In this document: one piece after another, positions 17,732-27,592 of the stretch
How the letters are laid out: the number at the start of each line of letters is the position of its first letter
Numbering within the stretch: the stretch's first letter is position 1
From: a virus
IMG/VR virus record: IMGVR_UViG_3300045988_184227
Strand: one strand, 5' to 3'
Length of the DNA: 64,000 nucleotides
Notes under the pieces: model-generated
What the model was told of the DNA's origin: nothing
Databases searched by the model: none
The model's input: the letters and a program-made list of their open reading frames with translations, nothing else
Program-made: the position numbers and the translations under genes

Positions 17732-18886
17732 TTAGTTAGTGCGGAACATTGAAGGAATGCTATCCTCGAATGTTGGAAAATCATCTTCATTTGAACCTGT
17801 GTTGTTGCTTGATTCAGAATCAATATCTACAAATGTTGGAAGTTCATCTTCTTGTTTTGAATCTGTTTTTTCTGGCGTAGTCACATCAACAAATGTTGGA
17901 AAATCGTTAGATTGCTCTTGTTCTGAAGAATTGATTGTTTCATCCACAAAAGTTGGGGCTTCTTCAGCAATGTCTTTGGGTTTTTCCTCTTTTGCGATTG
18001 AAGCGCCTAGTCTATTTGTTCCAATTTTTGTTGCTTTCACAGGTTTACTTGTGTTTTGCTTAACTGTAGCCTTTTTTTCACTCTTTGTAGCTGCTGGGCG
18101 AAGCATATCTTTTTCGAAATATTTTTGATTTGGTGGTGTCATACGATCCTTTTCCTCGGAAACGATATATTTCGCAGGAACTGGTTCCTTAACAACTGTA
18201 AATGTATCACGAAGAACTTTACGTCCAGTTTCAACACCATCAGTATAAGTGATTTCGACTTTACGAACAGCCTTACCAGGAATACCTTCAGAAAGAAGTT
18301 GTTCTTGTACACCTTCCAATTCAGTATCTACAAGATGTTTTCTTTTTGGCTTAATAACCACTTCTTCTTCAATAGTTTCTTTTTTAATTTCTGGCTCTTT
18401 TTTAGTCGGAATATCTTTTTCTACCTTTTTTACAGGATCTTTTTTTGCAACAGGTTTAGATTTCACTTTTTTGTTGTTTTCTTCAATAGTTACATTTTTA
18501 TTTTCTGTAATATTAACAGCAGAAGCCGAAGGAACTTCACCTTTGTTCCCAGAACCAACAAAAGCGGCATTTAAGAGGTTACTTTGGTCGTGTAAATAAG
18601 CACCCAAACGAGGTCGACCTAGAACCTTAATGAATAAGTATGCAAGATCTAAATTTTCAACACCACCATTTTTACCAAGATCAATTAGAGTTGTTTGTTC
18701 AGGGAATTTTTTTCTAACGTTTGAATTTACAGTTTCTCCATTAGCAAGAAGAACTACATCTTCTGACTGGACAATTCTGTAATCCGTTAATTCCTTAACA
18801 CTTCTTGAATAAACAATTGAAAGTTCATCAACGAATGGTAGGGTTTTATTTAAAATATCTTTATTTTCTGTAATAATAAAAAGCAC
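17732..18886 (-). CDS. Hypothetical Lys/Glu-rich protein with an acidic tail carrying four copies of a (F/L/A)PTF(V/E)D motif
   Basis: The C-terminus contains APTFVDE, FPTFVDV, LPTFVDI and FPTFEDS. Confidence 0.55.
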   Translation of the reverse strand: MLFIITENKDILNKTLPFVDELSIVYSRSVKELTDYRIVQSEDVVLLANGETVNSNVRKKFPEQTTLIDLGKNGGVENLDLAYLFIKVLGRPRLGAYLHDQSNLLNAAFVGSGNKGEVPSASAVNITENKNVTIEENNKKVKSKPVAKKDPVKKVEKDIPTKKEPEIKKETIEEEVVIKPKRKHLVDTELEGVQEQLLSEGIPGKAVRKVEITYTDGVETGRKVLRDTFTVVKEPVPAKYIVSEEKDRMTPPNQKYFEKDMLRPAATKSEKKATVKQNTSKPVKATKIGTNRLGASIAKEEKPKDIAEEAPTFVDETINSSEQEQSNDFPTFVDVTTPEKTDSKQEDELPTFVDIDSESSNNTGSNEDDFPTFEDSIPSMFRTN

Positions 18887-18948
18887 TTAATTTTCTCCTT
18901 GTTTTTGGATTTTATTCTCTGATTCTATTGTACGTTATTTTTAAAAAA

Positions 18949-20919
18949 TTATTGATATAACTTTTCATCAAAGAAGATAGCTTGTCTATCATCTGTACGA
19001 GAACCCATCATTTTTTCAACGATATCATAACATTCTTCGATGTTATCATCATCTATCTGGAACTGAATCAGTCTTCTTGTCGCTGGATTTAAGATAGCAG
19101 AATCAACTTCTTCATCAAATAGTTCTCCAAGCCCCTTGTTTCGGCTTGTACCAACAACATTTTTCTTGTTTTTAGCTTTAGATAAGAACTCTTCTTGTTC
19201 TTTATTTGAGTAAGTGTAGTGAACATCACCGTTTTTAAGTTTATTAACAAAAAGTGGTGTGAGAACTCGATAAACGTGCCCTTGTTTGATTAATTCCGGA
19301 GTAAATTTCAATATTAATGAAAGGATTAAGCAACTGATCGCAGCACCGTCTGCGTCCTGGTCAGTTGCAATAATGATTCTATCATAATTTAACTTCTTAA
19401 TGTCAAATTTAGCATTAATCCCACAACCCAGAGCTTTGAAAATTGCTGCAAACTCGTTGTTAGCGAAAACTTTTTCCGGTGTTGCCTTGATAACATTGAT
19501 AATCTTGCCACGAATAGGCAGCATTGCCTGAAAAGTTGGATCCTTACGTTCTTTTATAGATCCTCCAGCAGAGTCTCCTTCAACTATAAAAAATTCAGAA
19601 TTTTTTCCGTAACCCTTAACATCACAATCGGAAAGTTTCTTCAAAACCATTCGATTTACTTCTTTACCTTTAAGCTCGTAGTTATCTTCCTGAAGTCTCT
19701 TTCGCTCATTTGCTCTCTTCAAAGCTAAAGTTGCAACATCACGAATACCATCAATATTTCTATCTATAACCGCTTGAGAATCAACAAAAACGATTGAAGA
19801 CAAGGCAGTAAGTGCGTCACTCGATGTGATTTCCTTTTTGGCTTGACCGTCAAATTTGGGTGATGGGTGTGTCAATGAGATAACAAGAACCAATCCCGGA
19901 ATAACATCACGTCCCTCAAGATTTTCTTTTGTAATATTCAAATCATTTGCATATTTATTAATCAAATTAACAAAACCTTTGTGTGCACCAACAATCGGTG
20001 TTCCACCAAGAGGGTTTGGAACGTTGTTTGTAAATAACAAATCATTCTTAATAGTATTGTCACTCCAAGCAAAGGCCACTTCCGCCTTAATAACAGACTC
20101 AGTTTTTTTCTTACCATTTGATTGAGAGACATACATTCCTTTAAAAAGATAAACCGGTGTAATCAAATTAGAGTCTGCGCTCTTAGCCAAATCTTCTACT
20201 AAAGATGTAATACCACCCAGTTCAAGATAATCCTTCTTGGAATCCCGATCTTCGTCAACAACAGTTAGTTTTAATCCCGGATTTAAATATGCAAGTCGGT
20301 GCGCAAGTTCTTCAACCCGCTTTTTATTAACAGATATTTTATCGAACACTTCTAGAGAAGGTTTCCATCTAACGATTGTTCCGTGTTCTGGCTCTCCTTT
20401 CTGAATTTTTTTCAGAGGAAGTGAGCCATTTTTGTTTAGTTTTATAACTGGAACTCCTGGATTATCTCCTTGCAGCTCGTAACGATCAATTGCGGTTTTA
20501 CCTTTTCTGAAAGATTGCACTTCAAACCAATCTGAGGTTGCAACAACCGCCTTCATACCAACACCGTGCTGGGATGATCCGTCATTGTGCCCAGCGAACG
20601 CCTTACCTGTATTTGGTAAAGTAAAAAGCGCTCGCATTGTTGGTTGCTTATATTTTTCAGAATATTCGTATGGGATACCACGCCCATCATCTTGAACTGA
20701 AAACGAATCGTCCGAGTGGAATGTAATGATAATGTGTTCAGCAACACCAATTTTTGCCTCATCGATAGAGTTCATCAATGCTTCCTCAATTGTGTGTTGA
20801 GGAGTCTCTGTGCTTCCCAAATACATTGTCGGTTTATAAAAAATGTGTTTTAGGGGCTCTAAGTGATTCGTGTCCTTATCTGAATAGGAATTAATAAGCT
20901 CCTGTTTTGTTTTTTTCAT
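18949..20919 (-). CDS. Type II topoisomerase ATPase+Toprim subunit (GyrB/ParE/T4 gp39-like)
   Basis: GHKL ATPase motifs (IDEAKIG, DDGRGIP, SQHGVGMKAV). Toprim motifs FIVEGDSAGGS and IIIATDQDADG. Confidence 0.85.
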   Translation of the reverse strand: MKKTKQELINSYSDKDTNHLEPLKHIFYKPTMYLGSTETPQHTIEEALMNSIDEAKIGVAEHIIITFHSDDSFSVQDDGRGIPYEYSEKYKQPTMRALFTLPNTGKAFAGHNDGSSQHGVGMKAVVATSDWFEVQSFRKGKTAIDRYELQGDNPGVPVIKLNKNGSLPLKKIQKGEPEHGTIVRWKPSLEVFDKISVNKKRVEELAHRLAYLNPGLKLTVVDEDRDSKKDYLELGGITSLVEDLAKSADSNLITPVYLFKGMYVSQSNGKKKTESVIKAEVAFAWSDNTIKNDLLFTNNVPNPLGGTPIVGAHKGFVNLINKYANDLNITKENLEGRDVIPGLVLVISLTHPSPKFDGQAKKEITSSDALTALSSIVFVDSQAVIDRNIDGIRDVATLALKRANERKRLQEDNYELKGKEVNRMVLKKLSDCDVKGYGKNSEFFIVEGDSAGGSIKERKDPTFQAMLPIRGKIINVIKATPEKVFANNEFAAIFKALGCGINAKFDIKKLNYDRIIIATDQDADGAAISCLILSLILKFTPELIKQGHVYRVLTPLFVNKLKNGDVHYTYSNKEQEEFLSKAKNKKNVVGTSRNKGLGELFDEEVDSAILNPATRRLIQFQIDDDNIEECYDIVEKMMGSRTDDRQAIFFDEKLYQ

Positions 20920-21028
20920 CTATTAGATTCTCCTTGAGTAAAAAAGAATAAGTTTTCTAACTAATTTTATTGCAAAAAAGAAAAGGGAGTCCCTTTTCTT
21001 TAATTCTATATATTTATATTTTTCTAGT

Positions 21029-21766
21029 TTATTCTTTATTGATCCACATAATAGTCTCAATTTCTTTTATCTGATCAACTGTCAATTCACCATCATTTTC
21101 TCTGTTGGCAAAAGTATTTTTATATCTTTCCAAATTAGCTTTTAGATAACTTTGAGCAACCTGACCGTATGCAATCGGATCTGAAAACATTTTTTCACCA
21201 ACATTGTCTTGAATATATTGACCCAACGCACCTTTTTTAGCTTGTTCTTGGGTCAATTCCTCAATCGAGTAATTCAGTTTTTCTAGAAGTGCATAGTATT
21301 TTTCTAAAGCGACAAGAACGTTAGCGTCGTTTGCGTTCGGCTCTTTGTCAACTGGTAAATAACCTTCTCGTGCCGATTTAACTTGTTTCATCAAACTTGA
21401 AGTGTAGTTTTGAAGATCGCCTTTACGCTCAGAAAAAATGTAATAACTAGAATAATCTTTTTGAACAACAATACCAAATTCTTGGATCATATCAGGCAAA
21501 TATTTTTTAGGATAATCCCTCTGAATAGCTCTTGTATATTCTTCTGGATTTTCCTTTTCTTTTGGATAACTAGAGTACAAAGTGTCATTAGCTTTTTCCA
21601 AAGCGTCGTATGCCTTGGCCCAAGAATAATATCTTTCAATTGTATAAGGTGCAACTTGACTATCTAAAATTTGTTGGTGCTCAATAATTTTAGGAGCTGC
21701 AATTGCTAAAGCAGATCCTCCTAGAACACCAAGGATGACGAGAATTGTTATAAATACTTTTTTCAA
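21029..21766 (-). CDS. Secreted hypothetical protein (signal peptide)
   Basis: N-terminal MKKVFITILVILGVLGGSALAIA. Terminator at 20975-20998. Confidence 0.5.
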   Translation of the reverse strand: MKKVFITILVILGVLGGSALAIAAPKIIEHQQILDSQVAPYTIERYYSWAKAYDALEKANDTLYSSYPKEKENPEEYTRAIQRDYPKKYLPDMIQEFGIVVQKDYSSYYIFSERKGDLQNYTSSLMKQVKSAREGYLPVDKEPNANDANVLVALEKYYALLEKLNYSIEELTQEQAKKGALGQYIQDNVGEKMFSDPIAYGQVAQSYLKANLERYKNTFANRENDGELTVDQIKEIETIMWINKE

Positions 21767-22777
21767 TTATTCGCCCCCCTTGATATTAAACTCTTTCTTA
21801 AGTTGTTCTTTTTGAAAGTTTTCACCGGCTTTGAGATCCTCTTGTTCTTGGAAGTTACGGTTAACAACTTTCGCAATTGGAGCAATCAATTTATCTTGAA
21901 CATCATTATACTTTTCATTTAAGTTATTTGCTAAAACTGCGGTGTTGATTTGCACATCTCGTCCCTGACGAACACCAGCAGAATAAAGTCTGATTGTATT
22001 CAAAGTATCAATGATCTCAGAATAATAACTCAAAGTCGAATTAATAGCAGCGTCTTTATCGTATGCTGCTAACAATTGTAAATAACTGTATTTGTTATAG
22101 GAAAATGGCAAAGATACAGTCTTAACAGCATTCATAGCAGAAAAACTCTTCTCTGTATTTCCGTAATAAAGCAATTCTATACCAGCCATCAAATCATTTT
22201 CTACCTCTGTCAATTTTTTTTCCTTGACGGCAGTTGAATAAGATGGATTTTCTTTTATAGAATTGATTAGATCCACATAATCAAAAAAGTTAAGTTTGTC
22301 CTTTTCTGTAAATTCTTTGATATCACCTTGAGCAGGATCGATCTTCTGATATTTCAATCCGTTAGTGAAGAAAAACTGGTAATATCGAACTTGTTCGGCT
22401 AATTCGATTTTACTAGGCTCTGTAATAGGTTTTTTGATAGAGTTTACATCAATCTTACCATCTTCATTGATTCCCTCTTTGTTATCTTTGTTAACTGATG
22501 GGTAACCCACATCTGCGTAATTTTTGTGAAGTTTTTCTGCAATCTCAGTCTTTTTGTAAACTTCGTTAGTTAGAGGCAACAAACCATCCAACTGTTTAGC
22601 AACCGCTCTGATAATAGCGTCTTTTTTGGAACTGTCATCAACCTTGCTTGTTTCAAATGCAGGGCTCGGTCCGATGGCGTAAGCTGTTTGCACCGTTGAA
22701 TTACAATGCTGAAGCAATATCAGAGAAGATCCCAAGACTCCAATTATTCTAGCAAGATTCTTTTTATTCTTTTTCAA
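21767..22777 (-). CDS. Secreted hypothetical protein (signal peptide)
   Basis: N-terminal hydrophobic signal-like segment. Confidence 0.5.
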   Translation of the reverse strand: MKKNKKNLARIIGVLGSSLILLQHCNSTVQTAYAIGPSPAFETSKVDDSSKKDAIIRAVAKQLDGLLPLTNEVYKKTEIAEKLHKNYADVGYPSVNKDNKEGINEDGKIDVNSIKKPITEPSKIELAEQVRYYQFFFTNGLKYQKIDPAQGDIKEFTEKDKLNFFDYVDLINSIKENPSYSTAVKEKKLTEVENDLMAGIELLYYGNTEKSFSAMNAVKTVSLPFSYNKYSYLQLLAAYDKDAAINSTLSYYSEIIDTLNTIRLYSAGVRQGRDVQINTAVLANNLNEKYNDVQDKLIAPIAKVVNRNFQEQEDLKAGENFQKEQLKKEFNIKGGE

Positions 22778-23182
22778 TTTCAGGCTGAATACCCCCTTTT
22801 ATTTTTCTGCGTCATTCTTTCTTTATTTTACCATCTTTATTTTTAAAAATTTTGAGTTGAATTTTCCAAAAAACAAAGGTCAAAAATGCAAATATATTAA
22901 AGTGGATGGTTACAAATGAGTCTTTGAGCTCATTGTATTAAAACACGAATGTATTTTACAGTGCACATCATAAATGTTCGACTTTATTTAATTATTTGGG
23001 TTATTGTTGAGTTTTTATAATTCGATCCGGTTAAGGGGAATGTTACTACTAAAAAAATGTAATTATTTTATTCGAGATATTAATATACATATCGCTAAAA
23101 GTCTTGATACACAAGGGTTTCAGCGTTGTGTTTTTAGCTAGAATTTATTTCAAAAAAGGATGTTATAATAGTTACGTGATAA

Positions 23183-23622
23183 AAAATCTTTGAGTTTTTT
23201 AAACCAAGATTTTTATGTTTTTCAAATATTCTAGACTTTGATTATATTTCAAAGTCTATTAGAAATAGATATTAAAGTGCACATTGAAAATTGAATATGG
23301 TTTTAGATCAACAACAAGAATACTTAAAATATTTTTTTATACAAAATAATAATATTAAGAAAGTATTTGGATGAATGGTTTGCTTACACAAACCATTGCG
23401 AATTATCGAAGATAATTCGCAGTTTGATAAGGTTTTTGGAGTTTATATTTGGATTTTTAAAAAAACTAAAAATATTATTATCAGACTGATCCAAAAATAA
23501 TCTAGTTCTTAAAAGTTTTATAAAAAAAATTAAGATATTAATTTTAAAACACGTCCTAAAAAGTGTTATTTCGCAAACTATTTGGATGATTTTTTAAACC
23601 GAGATTTTTGAGAAAAATCTCA
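23183..23622. repeat. Two copies of a TTTTTTAAACC(A/G)AGATTTTT element, each inside a 9-bp-arm inverted repeat (AAAAATCT/AGATTTTT)
   Basis: Copies at 23192-23217 and 23588-23613. Palindrome GAGATTTTTGAGAAAAATCTC at 23601-23621. Confidence 0.55.
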
Positions 23623-23995
23623 GTTTTTGATAAAAAACAAAGTATTGATTACTTATTTTCGCATTAAGTTCGGAAAATGCGAACAATGTACCAGAGTAAG
23701 TGAACCTATCTGTCGAAAAAATAAAGGAGCCGAAGGCGACTTCCAACAAGGCGAAGCCGATTATTCTAGAGCGACCGAAGGGAGCCTTCTCTATTACAGT
23801 AAAAGTAATCTAATACTATTATTATTACAGTATATATAATATTCTTTAATTAATTAAGGGTATATATTATTCTTTAATTATTTAAGTATATATAATATAT
23901 AACTATATTTATTACAGAGTAATAATATATATAACTATTTGTTTATTTAAAGTACCTATATGTAGTACTGATGTGAAGGGGGTTGTTTTTATTTA

Positions 23996-24024
23996 TTGAC
24001 TTAGTTGTTTTGTTGTGGTATAAT
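23996..24024 (+). promoter_or_regulatory. Sigma-70 promoter (TTGACT, 17 bp, TGgTATAAT) for the helicase gene
   Basis: TTGACT at 23996-24001 and TATAAT at 24019-24024 with an extended -10 TG. Confidence 0.7.
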
Positions 24025-24117
24025 GATTGCTGATAACAAATAACGACAATATTTGCGTCATTTTACGTTGTTTTTTTGTTTTAGCTAAAATACTTGTAAA
24101 AGAAGGTGGTGAAGTAA

Positions 24118-26493
24118 TTGAAAAAGGGTACTGTTTACAGTAATAAAGCGATTTTCGTTGAAGATTTTGATAGACATCAAAAAATTGAATTGAAATTTAA
24201 AATTGAAAAGGTCTTGTTCCAAAAAGACACTTTCGCAATTGTTAACGTTGATGTTACCTGGAATGATAAACGTGTTCTCTTTCCTCAAAACAGAACCACC
24301 ATTTTGGGTTCGTTCTTGGATCCACGTATTGGAGATGTGTTTACAGGAACTGGAATTATTCAGCACGATAAGCGTTACGGTTATTCTGTAAAACTAAAAA
24401 CAACACCTCAAGTCTACACTCCAAGGACAAAGGTTGAAATCGTCGATTTTCTCAGTTCTCAAATTGATGGAATCGGAAAGATTAAGGCCGAAAGGATTTT
24501 TGATTATTTTGGTGAGGATACAATTCAAATTCTCCAAGGAAATCCTGAGTTAGTCAAAAAAGTTGGAGTTCCTATCACAAGCAAAACGATGGAATGTATA
24601 AAGTCTAGACTTGTAGATGGTGGAGTTCTAAACAAGATATTCACAGTTCTTAATTTAATGCAGCTTCGGGAAAATTTGGCTATTAAAATTTACGACAAAT
24701 ACGGTGCTAAATCATACGATGAACTATTAGCAAATCCGTATATTATTGCAGAGGTTAGTCCGTTACATTGGAGAGCGGCGGATGAATTTTACTATCGTCA
24801 ATTAAAAGAAAACAAGGATTTACCAAGCTTGTTAGATTTTTCTGCAAACCCACTACGATTTCGTACAGCAATCAAGTACTTCCTAAAGTTAAAAGTTGAA
24901 TTATCGGGGTCTCTAGCATACCCTCTGAAAGAATTACAGGATAATTTTTTAGATACAAAATTCTGGGAACGAATGTCAAGGTTCGGATCTCAGGGTGCTA
25001 GATTGACCAAGACCCAATTAACAATTTTATTAGGGGAATTGGAAAAAGAGGGCGAAATCTATCAAACAAAATCAAAAACAAGTGGTGAATATTATCTATA
25101 TTTGCAAAATTCATTTTTGGCAGAAACAAATATCGTTCAGTTAATTAAATCGTTTAATCGAAATAGTTACTCAAAATCTTCTGAGGATGATGTTCACGAA
25201 TTTATCGAGGAATATCAGAAAAAGTATGGATTTAAACTAGCAGATAATCAAAAACAAGCTGTGGATTTATTGGCAAACAATAAGATTTCTATTTTGACAG
25301 GTGGTCCTGGATCCGGAAAGACAACAACCGTTAAGGCCGTGAAAGAGTTTATCGATTTCCTTTCTGAAAAAGGTAAAATTAATGACTCGAGTGTTGTGTT
25401 GTTGGCCCCTACAGGTAAAGCCGCTAAACGTCTCGCTGAGGTTTTAGGATTCCCCGCTTCCACAATTCACCGAAAACTACATCTTCAGGGGTTTGGTAGA
25501 GAAGAAAATATTAAGAAAATCGAGGAGCATTTTGTAATTGTAGATGAATCCTCAATGATTGATGTTTACTTATTTTCTCAACTTTTAAGCGCATTGTCGC
25601 CAAATTCAAACCTTTTGCTTGTTGGTGATGAGAACCAATTACCTTCCGTTGGGGCAGGTTTAATTCTGAGAGATTTGATTGAATCTAAAAAAGTAGAAAC
25701 TGTTATCTTAAACAAAGTTTTTCGTCAAGCTGACGGTTCAAGATTGGTTAGCAATGCGCACCTTATGAAATCTGGTGTCGGTTACAACAAGGGAAACCCA
25801 AACGGGCTTGTTTTTAACGAAAAGAGAAGTGATGGTGGACTTTCAGACTCTTACTTTATCAATACACAAAATACACAAGAGGGTATTGACGCACTGATTA
25901 AATCGTACAAACGATTTTTAAAACTTGGATTTGAACATAGTGATATTTTAATCCTATCAGCTCAAAAGAAAGGCGAATTGGGAACTTTGAATATCAATCG
26001 TGAAATCCAGAGGACGTTTGAACACCCCGAAGATGAGCCGGTTATTATTCGTAAGGAAGACAATTCTGCGTTTTATGTTGGAGATCCAATTATTCAAATG
26101 GTGAACGACTATGATAATTTTGTCTTTAATGGAGAAACCGGGATTGTGACTGACATTATTATTAGAGATAATGAAAAAAAGGTTTTAGAAGTAACATTCG
26201 AGGGTGATACTGTCGACGAAAATAGGGTTGTTGAGTATTCCGGATACAGTATTTACGATATCAATATTGCATACGCAATAACTTGCCATAAATCGCAAGG
26301 TAGCGAGGCTAAGGTTGTTATTCAGATTGTAGACAAGACACAACGAAGAACTTTGAACAGATCGCTTGTTTACACTGGATATACAAGGACACGAGAAGTT
26401 AATGTTATCATCGGTCAAGTAGAAACTCTTAATGAGGCACTATCAGACGTGTCTAATCTGGAACGAGTTAGTTTGATTAAAGAGCGTCTGTAA
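24118..26493 (+). CDS. RecD2/Dda-like SF1 helicase (TTG start)
   Basis: Walker A ILTGGPGSGKTTT. Motifs VVLLAPTGKAAKRL, VIVDESSMID, LLLVGDENQLPSVGAG and ITCHKSQGSE. Confidence 0.8.
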   Translation: MKKGTVYSNKAIFVEDFDRHQKIELKFKIEKVLFQKDTFAIVNVDVTWNDKRVLFPQNRTTILGSFLDPRIGDVFTGTGIIQHDKRYGYSVKLKTTPQVYTPRTKVEIVDFLSSQIDGIGKIKAERIFDYFGEDTIQILQGNPELVKKVGVPITSKTMECIKSRLVDGGVLNKIFTVLNLMQLRENLAIKIYDKYGAKSYDELLANPYIIAEVSPLHWRAADEFYYRQLKENKDLPSLLDFSANPLRFRTAIKYFLKLKVELSGSLAYPLKELQDNFLDTKFWERMSRFGSQGARLTKTQLTILLGELEKEGEIYQTKSKTSGEYYLYLQNSFLAETNIVQLIKSFNRNSYSKSSEDDVHEFIEEYQKKYGFKLADNQKQAVDLLANNKISILTGGPGSGKTTTVKAVKEFIDFLSEKGKINDSSVVLLAPTGKAAKRLAEVLGFPASTIHRKLHLQGFGREENIKKIEEHFVIVDESSMIDVYLFSQLLSALSPNSNLLLVGDENQLPSVGAGLILRDLIESKKVETVILNKVFRQADGSRLVSNAHLMKSGVGYNKGNPNGLVFNEKRSDGGLSDSYFINTQNTQEGIDALIKSYKRFLKLGFEHSDILILSAQKKGELGTLNINREIQRTFEHPEDEPVIIRKEDNSAFYVGDPIIQMVNDYDNFVFNGETGIVTDIIIRDNEKKVLEVTFEGDTVDENRVVEYSGYSIYDINIAYAITCHKSQGSEAKVVIQIVDKTQRRTLNRSLVYTGYTRTREVNVIIGQVETLNEALSDVSNLERVSLIKERL

Positions 26494-26515
26494 TTAAGAA
26501 AGGATAATTTTAAAA

Positions 26516-27466
26516 ATGGTATTGACAAAAGAATTGGCTATTTACTTGGATAAATTGTTAAAAATTAATGATATTTATAGTTCCAAACTAAAGGAAAATC
26601 ATAGTAATGTTGGGGCTCAGTTTTCAACTGGGGAGACAAATATTTTTATTAACATTTCTGATGGTAAAGTGAAATTAGAGCTTGAGGATAGTGGATCTAC
26701 AATTTCAACGGCACCGGGAAATCGTATGAAAGTCTTAAAAGACAACGAAGGCGATACTTTATTAAATCAAGAAAAAATCCCTTCTACTGAGCTTTATTTC
26801 AATCAAGCACAGAAACTTTCTGAATTTATTTCAGTAGAAGAGTATGAAGTTGTTATTAGTAAATTGGTCGATTTTGCAAACGATTCAACAAAGTCCAGAA
26901 TTGCAGATAACAATTTTGTAGATATTGAAAAGATTGACAACGTTTTTGATCCAAAACTGGAAGAGGTTTTAAAAAATCTTTCCTGGTACAAAGGTTATGA
27001 TCTCGAGTCTTACTTAACCTTGTTGGATAAGCGTTCTTGGGAGATTAATTTCTTCAAGCACGCAAAAGAAAAAATGTTTTTCCCGGTTATACCAACACCC
27101 TTTGCGGTTGTTTTTGGGATCGGTATTGGAATTATTATGCTATCCGAAGAAATGTTCTTCTATTATGGTTTAGGTAGTATATCTTTCTTTTTGATTTATG
27201 AGTTTTTCTTATTTAAGAAATGTAAATTTTGCAGAAAAGTTTCAGAAATGTCTGAAGAACAAGGTTTTTCTGTTAGGTCTGTAAAAGACATTTTATCTAT
27301 TAATGAAATTAAGATTGGTGGGTTAACGAACCTTATTTTTTCAGATTATCTTTTGGAGAAGATGAAATTCTGGATTAATGATAGAAAGTATAAATACAAA
27401 TGGTCAGCCTTTAGTGGCGATTATAAACCAAGTTACGAAAGTTTACAAGAATATTATTCACTGTAA
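26516..27466 (+). CDS. Hypothetical membrane protein
   Basis: Two hydrophobic helices near residues 205-235. Terminator at 27476-27504. Confidence 0.5.
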   Translation: MVLTKELAIYLDKLLKINDIYSSKLKENHSNVGAQFSTGETNIFINISDGKVKLELEDSGSTISTAPGNRMKVLKDNEGDTLLNQEKIPSTELYFNQAQKLSEFISVEEYEVVISKLVDFANDSTKSRIADNNFVDIEKIDNVFDPKLEEVLKNLSWYKGYDLESYLTLLDKRSWEINFFKHAKEKMFFPVIPTPFAVVFGIGIGIIMLSEEMFFYYGLGSISFFLIYEFFLFKKCKFCRKVSEMSEEQGFSVRSVKDILSINEIKIGGLTNLIFSDYLLEKMKFWINDRKYKYKWSAFSGDYKPSYESLQEYYSL

Positions 27467-27527
27467 TAAAATATAGGAATATCAAGTTTGATATTCCTTT
27501 TTTAAATTTGATATATAGGCTTATTTC

Positions 27528-27582
27528 TGATATAATATAAGAAAGAATTAAATGCTGAATTAAATTCAGTTGAAAGAAAGGA
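27528..27582 (+). promoter_or_regulatory. Cassette leader: TGaTATAATATAAGAAAG promoter, CTGAATTAAATTCAG palindrome, SD
   Basis: TATAAT at 27531-27536. Palindrome at 27554-27568. GAAAGAAAGGA at 27572-27582. ATG at 27593. Confidence 0.6.
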
Positions 27583-27592
27583 ATTTAAAATA

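Noticed and set aside
23627-23839. 70-aa ORF in the origin-like intergenic region.
   Set aside because: It spans a GC-rich islet with internal complementarity followed by AT-rich repeats. There is no SD and the C-terminus is low-complexity. It is treated as non-coding.
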